This document shows positions 25,374 through 36,300 of a DNA stretch of 64,000 nt, piece by piece. A program made the position numbers and the translations under genes. The DNA is taken from the IMG/VR virus record IMGVR_UViG_3300032247_000928, positions 1-64,000 of that record, one strand, 5' to 3'. Under the pieces are notes generated by a model that was given only the letters and a program-made list of their open reading frames with translations, was not told the DNA's origin and ran no database searches. Position 1 is the stretch's first letter; the number at the start of each line of letters is the position of its first letter. This DNA comes from a virus. Lineage: Duplodnaviria; Caudoviricetes.

Positions 25374-28130
25374 TTAGTACACCACAAATAAGTCCCCAAT
25401 TACACCTGTAGTATCACTTGGTGTATTAGTACCAATTGGGTCTGTGGTTTTTCCATAGTATACCGCCATACCCCTTAAAAGTTCTCCAGTGTATTCACTT
25501 TGAACAACCATTCTTTGTCTTCCGTAAGGTCCAAGCGGATACAAGTCTTGTCCTCCAGAACCTAGTCTTGATCCAGAATGCACTCCACTTGTTTGAACTC
25601 TTCTTGTAATGTCTGCATCACCCTGAGCAGTAATACCAAAAATTTGAACCTTGTTACTTCCTAAAACAATTTTAGATGCAGATGTATATGGAGAATCTGT
25701 TCCATCTGAAGAACTTGCAGCTTGTAAAATAACTTGTTGTTCTTTGATTGTAATTGCTCCAACTGTTGTATCTGATCCTGAAGTCATTATAATTCCTGGA
25801 TTAGTTCCAGTTAAAGGCTCTAAACTAATTGCAACATTTTGAGATGCTTTAATTTGAATTCCAGTAGATGTTGCTGATAAGAAAGGTTTTGTTCCAGTGC
25901 CAGTAAAAGCACCTGTATAAATACCAATTCCATTTACTGTTGAACCGTATCTGTCTACAAATCCTGCTCCAACAGAAAAATATGGATTATTGTTTAAGTT
26001 GCCAATATCTGAGTAATCTCCACCAACAAATGGACTTGCTGACGTTAAATATGTATTTGAATTTCTTGGGAACAAATAACTTGTTGCTCCCGAAGATGCA
26101 ATAGATATTAAATCATGATCTCCATCCATTGTAACCGTTCCAAGTGCACCTGTACTAGTTACACTACCACCTGTAATTGCAGCACCAGTTGCATATAATT
26201 TTCCACCTAAAGTCACTCTAAATGGATTTGATGTAGAGGTTGGCCCATAAGTACCTGCCCAAAATACGTTATCTGTTAATGAATTTGTTGGACTATTAAT
26301 ACCAGCTTTTGAGTCTGATATAGAAGAGTGAGAAACTGCAATATATCCATTTGTTGAATCAATTTCTATGTTGCCTTTGCCAGAAATTGAGGTTTTATAA
26401 ATTCTATTTGTATCAACTGTCCAACCGCCTATATCGGCAGCGTTTGTAGTAAAGACAGCACCATTAGCCAATGGAGTCGTTAACATCGCTGTATAGCCAC
26501 CTGAAGCGTTATAGGCTGCTATTCCTGAAGAGTTAAAGATTGTTCTAATTCCACTATTTGCTGAGCCTCCTGTTCCTGGAGCATAAAGTGATCCACCATT
26601 TAATAAAACGTTTCCAGTAAAAGATCCACTTCTTGCGGTTATATCTCCATCTATTGCAAATGTAGATCCATTCCAAGAAATATAATTTGTTGTACTTCCG
26701 CCTATTTTTAATGATGCTGATTGTGCTGAGTCTATATACCAATAATTATTTGCATTAAATACTAAACCTCTTTTACCAGTGTCTACTCCATAACCAAACT
26801 TAAATGTTCCTGTGTCTGTTCCACTTATTCCTGCTTGAAAAAATCCTGTAGTTGAAATATTTGTTCCTATAAAAGGTGTTCCGCTAATTGCAACATTTGA
26901 CCCAGCAATATAAGAAGTTGAAGTATTATTATATTCATCATATGTAGCAACTGCAATTTCATATGTAAGACCTGCGCCAAGGCCAGATAATCTATATGCA
27001 GTTCCAGAGCCTGGTGAGTCGGCATAAGAATATGATGATACTGGAGTTGTTATTGGTCTATACCTTATTCTATACCCACGAATACCGCCAGTTGTAACGG
27101 AAGACCAAGAAATATCTGCATAACCATTAAATCCAATTGTTCCAGTAGTATCTAATCCTCCCGTTGTTGTAACCGTTTCTACATTTGCAGGTCCTTCTGT
27201 ATCTACTGAAACTGGACTTGTTGGAGTTATTGCATATGCTAAAGAATATGCCGTAGTTAAACCACTACTTGATGTAAATCTTGCTTTTATCCAACGTTTA
27301 TTAAAATTATGAACAATAATATTTGCTGGATTAATTGTTCCAAGATAAGTTCTTATATATGTTACACCTGTTGGTTCTGTTAAACTATTTGATTCATACT
27401 CAACAATTTCAATTGAATTATAAGAACTTTGTGTTGGTGTAGTATATGCAACACTATAACCACTAGTAATTCCAGTGACTGTAATGGTGGGTGCTGTAAG
27501 ATCTAAAGTATATGTTGGTACTGATGCAGCGCAAATAGTTTCACTAATGTTATTAAGTGGATCGGCAACAAGAACACAAATGCTAGTAATTTGAGTTCTA
27601 AAGATTCCAAAAGTTTGGGTATTTAGTGTTTTTGTTAATGTTACTGTTTGAGCGGTTTGAGTTTTATTTGCAGCAAATGTATTTAATGCTGTCCGCTTAG
27701 TAATACCATCTGCTGTTAATTCAAGAATAAATTGTGATACTGTTTTATTAAGGGTATTTGCATAATCCCAATTAAACTGTACAACTAAGTCTTCACCAGA
27801 CCAACTAGCAGTTACATCTGTTGGGTTAGTTGGAACAATAACAACTGGTCCTTGTCCATTATATATTGCTTGTGGCAAACCATTCATTGGTGGAGTGTAT
27901 GTATCTTGAGTATAAGTTTTACTTTGAGTTACACTTGATCCTGATTGATTACCTGGAGATTTACCGCCAGCAATTAATGCTTTTCCATCAAGTCCAACAA
28001 TATCAACTTCGGCACCTTGACGAGATTTTGTTTGATTTATTTTATTCCATGCTACTCTAGGATCATCTGCACTTATTGGAACTGTTGGATTTTTTGCAAC
28101 AGATTTACCACTTTTATATTGTGATTTCAC
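25374..28130 (-). CDS. Minor tail protein / tail fibre with fibronectin type III modules
   Basis: GGIRGYRIRYRP...YRLSGLGAGLTYEIAVATYDEYNN FN3 pattern; position in the tail-tip cluster. Confidence 0.8.
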   Translation of the reverse strand: MKSQYKSGKSVAKNPTVPISADDPRVAWNKINQTKSRQGAEVDIVGLDGKALIAGGKSPGNQSGSSVTQSKTYTQDTYTPPMNGLPQAIYNGQGPVVIVPTNPTDVTASWSGEDLVVQFNWDYANTLNKTVSQFILELTADGITKRTALNTFAANKTQTAQTVTLTKTLNTQTFGIFRTQITSICVLVADPLNNISETICAASVPTYTLDLTAPTITVTGITSGYSVAYTTPTQSSYNSIEIVEYESNSLTEPTGVTYIRTYLGTINPANIIVHNFNKRWIKARFTSSSGLTTAYSLAYAITPTSPVSVDTEGPANVETVTTTGGLDTTGTIGFNGYADISWSSVTTGGIRGYRIRYRPITTPVSSYSYADSPGSGTAYRLSGLGAGLTYEIAVATYDEYNNTSTSYIAGSNVAISGTPFIGTNISTTGFFQAGISGTDTGTFKFGYGVDTGKRGLVFNANNYWYIDSAQSASLKIGGSTTNYISWNGSTFAIDGDITARSGSFTGNVLLNGGSLYAPGTGGSANSGIRTIFNSSGIAAYNASGGYTAMLTTPLANGAVFTTNAADIGGWTVDTNRIYKTSISGKGNIEIDSTNGYIAVSHSSISDSKAGINSPTNSLTDNVFWAGTYGPTSTSNPFRVTLGGKLYATGAAITGGSVTSTGALGTVTMDGDHDLISIASSGATSYLFPRNSNTYLTSASPFVGGDYSDIGNLNNNPYFSVGAGFVDRYGSTVNGIGIYTGAFTGTGTKPFLSATSTGIQIKASQNVAISLEPLTGTNPGIIMTSGSDTTVGAITIKEQQVILQAASSSDGTDSPYTSASKIVLGSNKVQIFGITAQGDADITRRVQTSGVHSGSRLGSGGQDLYPLGPYGRQRMVVQSEYTGELLRGMAVYYGKTTDPIGTNTPSDTTGVIGDLFVVY

Positions 28131-28142
28131 TGTAATCCTTAA

Positions 28143-28646
28143 TTACTTTGGACCTATTGCTTGCCAATTTATATAACAAGCACCCGTAAGTGCTGCGGGA
28201 CTAGTATTTGCCCTATTTAATCTAAAACTAAAAGTATCTTTGTTAACATTATAAACAGTAAGAACTATATCATGATCTGAAGAACTAAAATCTGTATTGC
28301 CAAATTGTATTGTTGCAGTAACAATTGGTCTTGCACTAAATGATGTTGCTCCAGTTACATTATCACCATAATCAATATCACCATGATAAATATTTCCATT
28401 AACCAAAGCAGCATTATCTCCAGTAAAATATACTTTTGTTCTTCCATAAAGAATTTTTTCAGAACCCGGGGTATACTCATGGCCAACAGCATCTTCTGCG
28501 TTCCAGTCTGGGGTGCCAGTTCCAGTAGTACCAAAGTTATTGGTTATGGTATTAATACTATCACTGTGTTGATTAATAACATTAATAAGTTGATGCCAAG
28601 CAGCAAGGTCAATTATGTTTGGGTCTGATATTTTTACGTATGGCAT
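28143..28646 (-). CDS. Minor tail protein (H-type-lectin-like C-terminus)
   Basis: FSARPIVTATI...VYNVNKDTFSFRL...YINWQAIGP; tail-tip context. Confidence 0.65.
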   Translation of the reverse strand: MPYVKISDPNIIDLAAWHQLINVINQHSDSINTITNNFGTTGTGTPDWNAEDAVGHEYTPGSEKILYGRTKVYFTGDNAALVNGNIYHGDIDYGDNVTGATSFSARPIVTATIQFGNTDFSSSDHDIVLTVYNVNKDTFSFRLNRANTSPAALTGACYINWQAIGPK

Positions 28647-28666
28647 TCTATTCTCCTATTTTATTA

Positions 28667-28675
28667 ATTATACCA
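28667..28675 (-). promoter_or_regulatory. Extended -10 promoter (TGGTATAAT)
   Basis: Intergenic, upstream of SD AGGAGA and the gene at 28646. Confidence 0.6.
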
Positions 28676-28681
28676 CAGGGC

Positions 28682-31600
28682 CTAATAGATCCTGTTAAGT
28701 GTTAATTTAGTACTAAGTCCATTATCAAATGTATGGCTAACAGAAACTACAACATATCTTTGGCTAGAAATTCCATTGAGTGCGTATGTAAGGGTTACTA
28801 CATCTCCTACCTGGATTAATGGATTACCAAATATATTTAACGATACCGTTTTTGAAAAACCTTCAATACCCATAGATATTACCTTAAGCATTCTTTGTGC
28901 TGCCTGCTTTGATTGTATCCATTCAGAGTCTAGCTGTACTACTTCTGATATATTTGATGGATCAATTACTGCCTCCAAAATTTCTGGGTCTGATGGAGCA
29001 ACAATTTCATGTGTCCAAAGATTAAGATTAATTGTAAATTGATCAAGGTCATCTGCTTCTTTATGCAAGAACACAAGGTTTGATGAATTATTTGCAATTG
29101 CCATCTTTGCTCTAAACCCTGTATTGATTGGTGTTGAGTATGACAAAGAATATTCATCAACTAGTTTTTTCTGGTAATTTCTTTGGTCTCCCTGCTCATT
29201 TCCTGGAAAATAATACCACATGTATTCTACTGGCAAAACATCAACAGAAACTGCTGCAGGAGTTGTATACTGAATGTCGTAATAATTAATCCCCGAAATT
29301 TCTGGAGTAGTCTGCATAATATAAGTTATTGAATTGCCATACAATGGTTGACCCTGCACTAAACCATTTAAAAATTCTCTATCTTGATAAAAATAACTTA
29401 CACTTCGTTCTTTTAGTGATTTTTGAGTTGCGTGAATTTCTCTTAGTGATGCTGGTGCCAATATTGGGTTTTCTACTTTATAGTTAAATGCTGGATGTAT
29501 TCCTGGAACTATTCCTGGATTTGTAGTTGCATAAAATCCAAATTTTTTACCTGAAGAAATATTGTCTGTAAAAAATGGTTTTTGTCTCATTCCCGTTTTA
29601 AGATTAACATCCATTGTTTTCCAAGCAGAACCACCTGGATTTGTGGTTGCATCATAGTCATCTGTTTTTTGTTCGTTCCATCCAGTAATTTCCGTATTAT
29701 TTAAAAACACAGAAAGTATTCTTTTTGGAGTTTCTGTTGTTGCATTTTCTCCATCAGTTCCATCTGACAAATAGTGAATAACCTTTAGACTAAAAGGATT
29801 ATCTGTTACGTAAGAATATGTTGTTGGAGTTGTTGCTTCATTTTTTTTAATAATTTTTGGGAAATTGTTAATAATACTGTTACATTGGCCCGTAACATCA
29901 GCCCAATAATTAGTTGATGTTCCAGGACCAAAGATAAACAATAGGTATTTATATTTTGCTGGAGAGTATAGATTTGTTGTTTTTGGATCTACCAAACTAA
30001 ATCTAACAAGTTCTACCATATATGTGCCAACTGAACTTGTTGCACTGGTCATATTAAAAAATAAGCCAGCAGCAGAAACATCTTGGTCTGGCATATCAAA
30101 CTTAACAGAATATGTTTGATACCCGTTATCTACTTGGTTTGTTGGGTAAATTAAAACCCTGGAATCGTTTGCACTATTAACTTGTATTTTTGATATACTT
30201 GGCAAACTTGTATCATTATCATAATCATCTATAATTGAAGTAAAACCAGAAGATGTAGATATTGTATAATCTAAATTTAATAATTTTTCAGATAAACCTT
30301 TGCTTGCAAGAGTTGTTATTCTTGAGTGAGCAGATGGGGCAGTTCCAAAAAGTCCTCGCTGAACATTTGTTATATTTCCTGTTGGGGTTACAATAACATC
30401 ATAATCTTGTTTTTCTGTGCCGTCTGAAGTTTTAAGACCAACACTATATTTTTTAATAAAATTATTAATTTCAGACTGTAATTCAAGATCATTTTTAATT
30501 GAAACAGTTACTGATGTTCCGTCGGTTTTTGCAATTGTATATTCTTTGTACAACAATGACACAATTTCATTTTCAATAAAAGCATAACCATTTGTATCAC
30601 GATTAAAAGTGTGAAAAATATTTTGTAAATCATTTACATTTATACTCATAATATTACTATCTAGGGCCATTAAGTTTTTTAAATAATTAAAACCAACAGA
30701 GTCTATGCTTTGCTGTTGCCAAACAACATCATTTGATGTTGTATAAATAAATGATGGAGAATTTTTAATTGTTGGGTTTGTTACATTTTGTAAGGATGGA
30801 GATTGTTTTACTTTAGGAACTTGATACCTTAAAGAAATTTTTCCTGGCTTTGCTTTATTTGATACCGAGAATCCACCTTGTTTAATATCTTTGTCTGCAA
30901 GATTTAAAGAAGAACCAGAAGAAGAAAGAATATTGTGTAAACTCAAAAACTTCATAATTCCATATTCATCAATATATGCACCAATTTGATATGCAACAAA
31001 AATTTTATTAAGTGTATCTAAAATTGTGGAATCTTTTGAGTTACAATAAAAATACGATACATCCATTGGCATGGCTTTACTGTTACAAATATTATACAAT
31101 GAATCATAATCATAATCAGTAAAACCTGCTGTGTCTAAAATATTTGTTACAATTTCAAATACGCTCTTTAAGTTTGCAACATAATCTGGGACTGGAGTAG
31201 CTTGAAGATATCTTGATATATCAAAAGATTGAATAGAAACTGTATCTATATCGTTTTCATCCCAAGTATCAGAGTAAAATATTCCTCCAGGAATATAAGA
31301 GCTAGCTGCGGTTGTTGAAGATGTTGATAATTGAGAATATTGAAAAACATTAAAATTAACATAAAGCTTAATATTTTTTCTTAATATATTTGCAAGAACA
31401 GTTGAAGCTTGATCACTTTGACTAGAAAATATGTTTACTGGTTGGTTATTGTTGTACAAAGGAATAGAAGATAGGGTTATGCTGCATGCATCAGAGTTTA
31501 TTGAAGAAATAGGAAGAGCACTATTTTGAGAGTCTATGGATTTATCTATTGATAAAGACTGCACAAACTCTGAAAGATCAATTTCAAGTCTTGGAGACAC

Positions 31601-32815
31601 TTCAATTAATTGCATTCTTGCAAAATCTGCAACTGCATCTGTACTTGTATATGAGTTAAAAGCAGATCTTTTTGTTTCTGATATCTGTGTAATAGTTATT
31701 TTGTTTATGGTCGTTGTTTTACTTATTTCTCCCGTGCTTGTAAACTTTGGCATTTCAGACCATCTTGTTTTTGTCCAAGCAGATCCAGTCCAATACAAAA
31801 CTAGCACTCCTGTGTTAAAACTTTCTGAGTTTGATGGAATAGTAATACTCTGGCTTCCATCAACAGTAATAGTTGTTCCATTTAAAATAACATTAAATGT
31901 AGGAATTGTAACTAAAGTATTAAATTTAATTACAATTTTGTTTGTTAAAATAGAAGACTCATATATTCCAGTAATACTTTTTGTGTTCTGTCCAGATACA
32001 AAATACTTGTAGGGAGATATATCTGTTGGTGGTGCGCTCTTTATTCCTGGGACTGGTGGGGAGGCAAAGAAAAAGGAAGGCATATGAAGAATTGAACTTA
32101 CTGGAGAATAATTTGGAGCAGTATATCCATTAATTATTGAAGATAAAATTTTTCTATGGTTGGTAGGAAATGAACAGTTTGTGTTTCCAGTAGGGACATA
32201 TGATTCTCCAGGTCTAAAATAAGTGAATGGGCTATCTGTTGGCCAAAGAGATCCGTATCTATAGTCTGTGATTGATGTTTTATATGCTTGTGGAACTGTA
32301 AAATATATTGTTGGATTAATATCTGTACCGCTCAAAGAATTAACATTGATTGTATAAACAAAAGAAGAAATGCCAGATATTACTGAAGCTGGTGAACCAA
32401 TATAGGTGACAACTTTTGTCCAACCTAGAGAACTTGCCTCTTCCTGTTTTGATCCATACTCACCACTTGAACCTTTAGCATATGCTGTAATCATAACTGG
32501 TATTGCATTATCTGTTTTTATATAAGTAATTATCTTGCATGCATCTGCACTATCTGCAGTTACATTATATGATACAGAACCTTTTCCAGCAGACATAGTA
32601 AACTTCTTTGTAGTAAAGTTTTTCTTTTGTACATCATTAGAATCAGAAACGGTACTGGAAGAAGTAGAAAAAGATGTAGAAAGAGAAGTTCCAGTACTGG
32701 CAGTAGTAATATAAGGTTGATTAAATAAGTTATGATTCCATTCTGCAGAAACAACAGGAACCATGCCTATTGAATCAGAATTTGAGAATACTGAAGAACT
32801 TAAATTTGTTAACAT
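28682..32815 (-). CDS. Large minor tail protein (tail tip/hub-like)
   Basis: 1377 aa, second gene after the tape measure; C-terminal GNPLIQVGDVVTL...YVVVSVSHTF hub-type motif. Confidence 0.75.
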   Translation of the reverse strand: MLTNLSSSVFSNSDSIGMVPVVSAEWNHNLFNQPYITTASTGTSLSTSFSTSSSTVSDSNDVQKKNFTTKKFTMSAGKGSVSYNVTADSADACKIITYIKTDNAIPVMITAYAKGSSGEYGSKQEEASSLGWTKVVTYIGSPASVISGISSFVYTINVNSLSGTDINPTIYFTVPQAYKTSITDYRYGSLWPTDSPFTYFRPGESYVPTGNTNCSFPTNHRKILSSIINGYTAPNYSPVSSILHMPSFFFASPPVPGIKSAPPTDISPYKYFVSGQNTKSITGIYESSILTNKIVIKFNTLVTIPTFNVILNGTTITVDGSQSITIPSNSESFNTGVLVLYWTGSAWTKTRWSEMPKFTSTGEISKTTTINKITITQISETKRSAFNSYTSTDAVADFARMQLIEVSPRLEIDLSEFVQSLSIDKSIDSQNSALPISSINSDACSITLSSIPLYNNNQPVNIFSSQSDQASTVLANILRKNIKLYVNFNVFQYSQLSTSSTTAASSYIPGGIFYSDTWDENDIDTVSIQSFDISRYLQATPVPDYVANLKSVFEIVTNILDTAGFTDYDYDSLYNICNSKAMPMDVSYFYCNSKDSTILDTLNKIFVAYQIGAYIDEYGIMKFLSLHNILSSSGSSLNLADKDIKQGGFSVSNKAKPGKISLRYQVPKVKQSPSLQNVTNPTIKNSPSFIYTTSNDVVWQQQSIDSVGFNYLKNLMALDSNIMSINVNDLQNIFHTFNRDTNGYAFIENEIVSLLYKEYTIAKTDGTSVTVSIKNDLELQSEINNFIKKYSVGLKTSDGTEKQDYDVIVTPTGNITNVQRGLFGTAPSAHSRITTLASKGLSEKLLNLDYTISTSSGFTSIIDDYDNDTSLPSISKIQVNSANDSRVLIYPTNQVDNGYQTYSVKFDMPDQDVSAAGLFFNMTSATSSVGTYMVELVRFSLVDPKTTNLYSPAKYKYLLFIFGPGTSTNYWADVTGQCNSIINNFPKIIKKNEATTPTTYSYVTDNPFSLKVIHYLSDGTDGENATTETPKRILSVFLNNTEITGWNEQKTDDYDATTNPGGSAWKTMDVNLKTGMRQKPFFTDNISSGKKFGFYATTNPGIVPGIHPAFNYKVENPILAPASLREIHATQKSLKERSVSYFYQDREFLNGLVQGQPLYGNSITYIMQTTPEISGINYYDIQYTTPAAVSVDVLPVEYMWYYFPGNEQGDQRNYQKKLVDEYSLSYSTPINTGFRAKMAIANNSSNLVFLHKEADDLDQFTINLNLWTHEIVAPSDPEILEAVIDPSNISEVVQLDSEWIQSKQAAQRMLKVISMGIEGFSKTVSLNIFGNPLIQVGDVVTLTYALNGISSQRYVVVSVSHTFDNGLSTKLTLNRIY

Positions 32816-33321
32816 TAAATCTCCGTAAATTCAATTTTTATATCTACGTAGTCAGCTACTGGTGTTCTCTTAGATAGAGTTTTTGAAAATGATGTTATAA
32901 ATGCGCTATATGTTCTAGATCCAGTTGCATTTGTTACTGTTGCTTCTGTTTGTGACGTTTTAAAGTTAGTGCCAGACTCGTCTGGAACTGCTCCTGCTAC
33001 AGGATCTGCATTAAGTTTAGACTCAATAACTTTTACATAAATAGGAACTCCAGCATTAGCATTATAAAATGATTCCATCCAAGCAGCTCCATAGTTACCA
33101 TCTGCTGTCTCTGTTGTCTTAGTAGGAATAAAATTCCACCCTGTTGAAATTTTATACTTTTTAGCAACCACATATTTTCTCATAGAGCCATTTGCCATAC
33201 GTGCAGAGGATTCAATCAACTCTACATCTATTTGAATAGGATCTCTATTATGGTCTGTTAGTTTATACCATGTTGATCCATTGAGAGATACTTGAAGTCC
33301 CGCTTGAATTTTATATGTCAT
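32815..33321 (-). CDS. Distal tail protein (Dit-like)
   Basis: Immediately after the tape measure; RMANGSMRKYVVAKKYKIS.GW...FTEI pattern. Confidence 0.65.
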   Translation of the reverse strand: MTYKIQAGLQVSLNGSTWYKLTDHNRDPIQIDVELIESSARMANGSMRKYVVAKKYKISTGWNFIPTKTTETADGNYGAAWMESFYNANAGVPIYVKVIESKLNADPVAGAVPDESGTNFKTSQTEATVTNATGSRTYSAFITSFSKTLSKRTPVADYVDIKIEFTEI

Positions 33322-36300
33322 TACATTCTCACCATATTTGACTTATTAATCTTTGAAGTTTCAACTTTAAGTCTTCTAATTACTTGATCTGCAATATCAC
33401 TAGCATTTGCATTACCACCATTTACAGTCATGTTAACATTATACACGGTATCGCCAGAAGTTGATGAGGTATTTGAATTTATAGCACTAACTTTTTGATT
33501 ATTAATTGCATCCATAAATCCGACACCATAATTTTGAACAGCTTTTGCTTGAACTATATATTCTCCATTAGATACAGTAAGTTGTGGAAGTCCACCTCCA
33601 GCAAAGCGTGCCATTATGGAGTCTGAAATGCCTGTTCCAGGACCTTGTATAAGTCCACCCGTGGCTTTACCTTTAGCTTTTGCCAATGCTGCTTGAGCAG
33701 CTGTAACTTTATTTGTTGCTTGAATTGCAGAAATTTCATTTTCAAGAGTTTTTATTTTATCATCAAGTACTTGAGCATCTGTTGTTTTATTAAATTGTGA
33801 AGTTTCAAATGATTTTTGTGCTCCAATAATTGCAGCACCAATATAATTACCTGAAATTTTTGCTTGCGTTGCATCAGATTGCAACTGCATCAATTTTTGT
33901 TGATAATCATATTGACGTTTTAAATCATCATTTGTTCCATTGATTACATCTCTTTTAGTTTTTAATAAATCTAATTCTTTTTGCATATTTGCAATAGCAA
34001 GTTTAGATTGTTTTGAAAGAACATCTGCTCCGCCAGGTGTTGTTCCTCCTGCTGCTGAAAGAGCAGCTTTTTGTGCTGCTACCAATTCTTTTGTTTGTTT
34101 TTCAATCATTGCAGTAATATCTGCTTGAGTTCTACCCTTAATGTCATTAAGGATTGGATCTACCCCACTATAACTTAAAGCTTTAATCATTTCTTTTGAT
34201 ATTTGATCACCAAGTCCTACTGACGCTGCTCTTAATAAAAGCAATTTATCTTTAAAGTCTTTAACTCCAATTGCAGCTCTTGCAACATCTGGTGCCATTG
34301 CCTTAAGAGCAGTATCAAGTAAAATGATTGCATTTGATTGATCTGGCATTTTTTGTAATGAAACAACAAGAGAATCAAACATAGTGTTAAATTGTTTTCC
34401 ATTAATTTGTCCACTTACAAGGGCAGAAGAAATTCCATTTAAATATTTATTAATAATTCCTGCCTCTGATTTAAATGGAACCATTGCCTTATCTCGTTCT
34501 TGTTTTGTTCCAAGAACAGTTTGAATCCACGCACCAGTTTTAAACTTTTTAGATTCTTTTTCAAAATCTTTAAGAATATCGGCTGGAAGTTTATCTAGAT
34601 TAATATTACCAAAATCAATTTTTAAGTCAGTTCTTTTTGCTTCTTGTTGAATAGCTTGAATAATAATTTGAATTTGATCTTTAGAAAACCCTGCACCTAA
34701 AAGTTCAAACATTTTTGCATTTAATACTTGTGTTGCCTGAGTATCGTTAAGATTTTTTAAAGCTTTTACTGTTGGTGTGCCATATTTCTTAAATGAATCT
34801 GATTCTCTAAATTTATCTGCTGCTGAAATTTGTGCTGCAGTCCCTGGTGCAAAACCAGTCTTTTTTTCTAGTGCACTTATAGCAGGCTGTGTTCCAAAGT
34901 AATCACCTAAAGATTTAAGCTGATCTGTTGTTGTTACAAGTGCATTTGAAAATGCTTCTGTTTTTTCTTTTGCTGCTTGCTGCGCTTTATTATAAGCAAA
35001 TAAACTTACACCTATAGTTATTGCAATTGCTGCTAATTTGCCCCAAGGACCTAAAAAGTTTAATGCAAATCTTCCAGCAGTTAATAGTCTTGCACCCCAG
35101 GAAGCTACTCCAACAAATAATGTTTTAAACGCTGTTGCTCCCATAGCCTGTGCAACTGTATTTGCTCTTGTTGCAACAACCTCTAATAGTTTTGCTTGTG
35201 TTAATAACTGAGTTATAGTTTGCAATGCAAATAGTGCTCCAGATACATTAAATATAACACTTGATATATTTCCTAATGTACCTCCAAACATTTGTGCTAC
35301 ACCCGACAGTCCCATTAATGCAAATGATCCACCTTGAAGTGCATTGTTCATTTTTAAAAGTTTTGGAGATGTTTCTTTTAGTGAATTACTAAATTTTTTA
35401 ATTTCTTCTTCAGTTTGTGGAGCAGAAACAAGTTGTGCTGATACTTGTGATAATGGGGCTCCCTGTGCTCTTATTGCTACTCTGCGACCACTTTGTGTAG
35501 CATTCTGTATGCCAGTAATTCCAGCATTTCCTAGCTGTTCTCCTGCAACAGTAGCATTTTTTTCTCCACCTTTAATTGCATTAACAAAACCATTTATAAC
35601 ATTTTTACCCTGCACTATTGCTTTCTTTGAATCTGAGTGGGAATCTGTACCTTCAGCAATTCCCTTAATTGCCTGATCTCCAACCTCAAAACCTGCAATA
35701 CCTGCTAGTTTTGCCTCCTCCATTAGTGTTTTAGTAAATAACTTAACATCATCTTTTATTAATGAAAGTTTAATTTTAACTTCATCACTAAGTTGTTTGT
35801 ATGTAATTGCTAAAAATTCTTTAGTTTTTTGAGCTTCTGCTGCCATTGCATCATTAATTTGAAAAGCACCTGTAGTAGAATATGGAACACTTCCATTTGC
35901 AACTTCTTGCATTCCTATTCCATAGGTAGATCTTTTATCTTTATAAGATTTTCCAAGACTAATTCTATTTTGTTTTCCGCCACGAGCCTCAACATCTGCA
36001 ACAGCGGTTACTCTTTGCATTTTTGCGTAAGCAGTTTCTACATTTTTATCTGTTTTAGATACTGCTATATATGCTTCTTTAATTATTTTATCAAGATCAT
36101 CAGCAGTTACAACTGCTACATCTCCAAGTTTTGTAAATCCATTTTCAATTTCAGTAGTTACTTTTGCAACCGTTGTTTTTATTTGTTCAATTGGAACTCC
36201 TGCTTGTTTTAGCTGATCAACTAATTCTGGGTGTGCTACGCTTCCTCTTGTTATTAAATCTCTTTTTGCAAGAGCAATTGGTGCTGTTTGACCACTACCA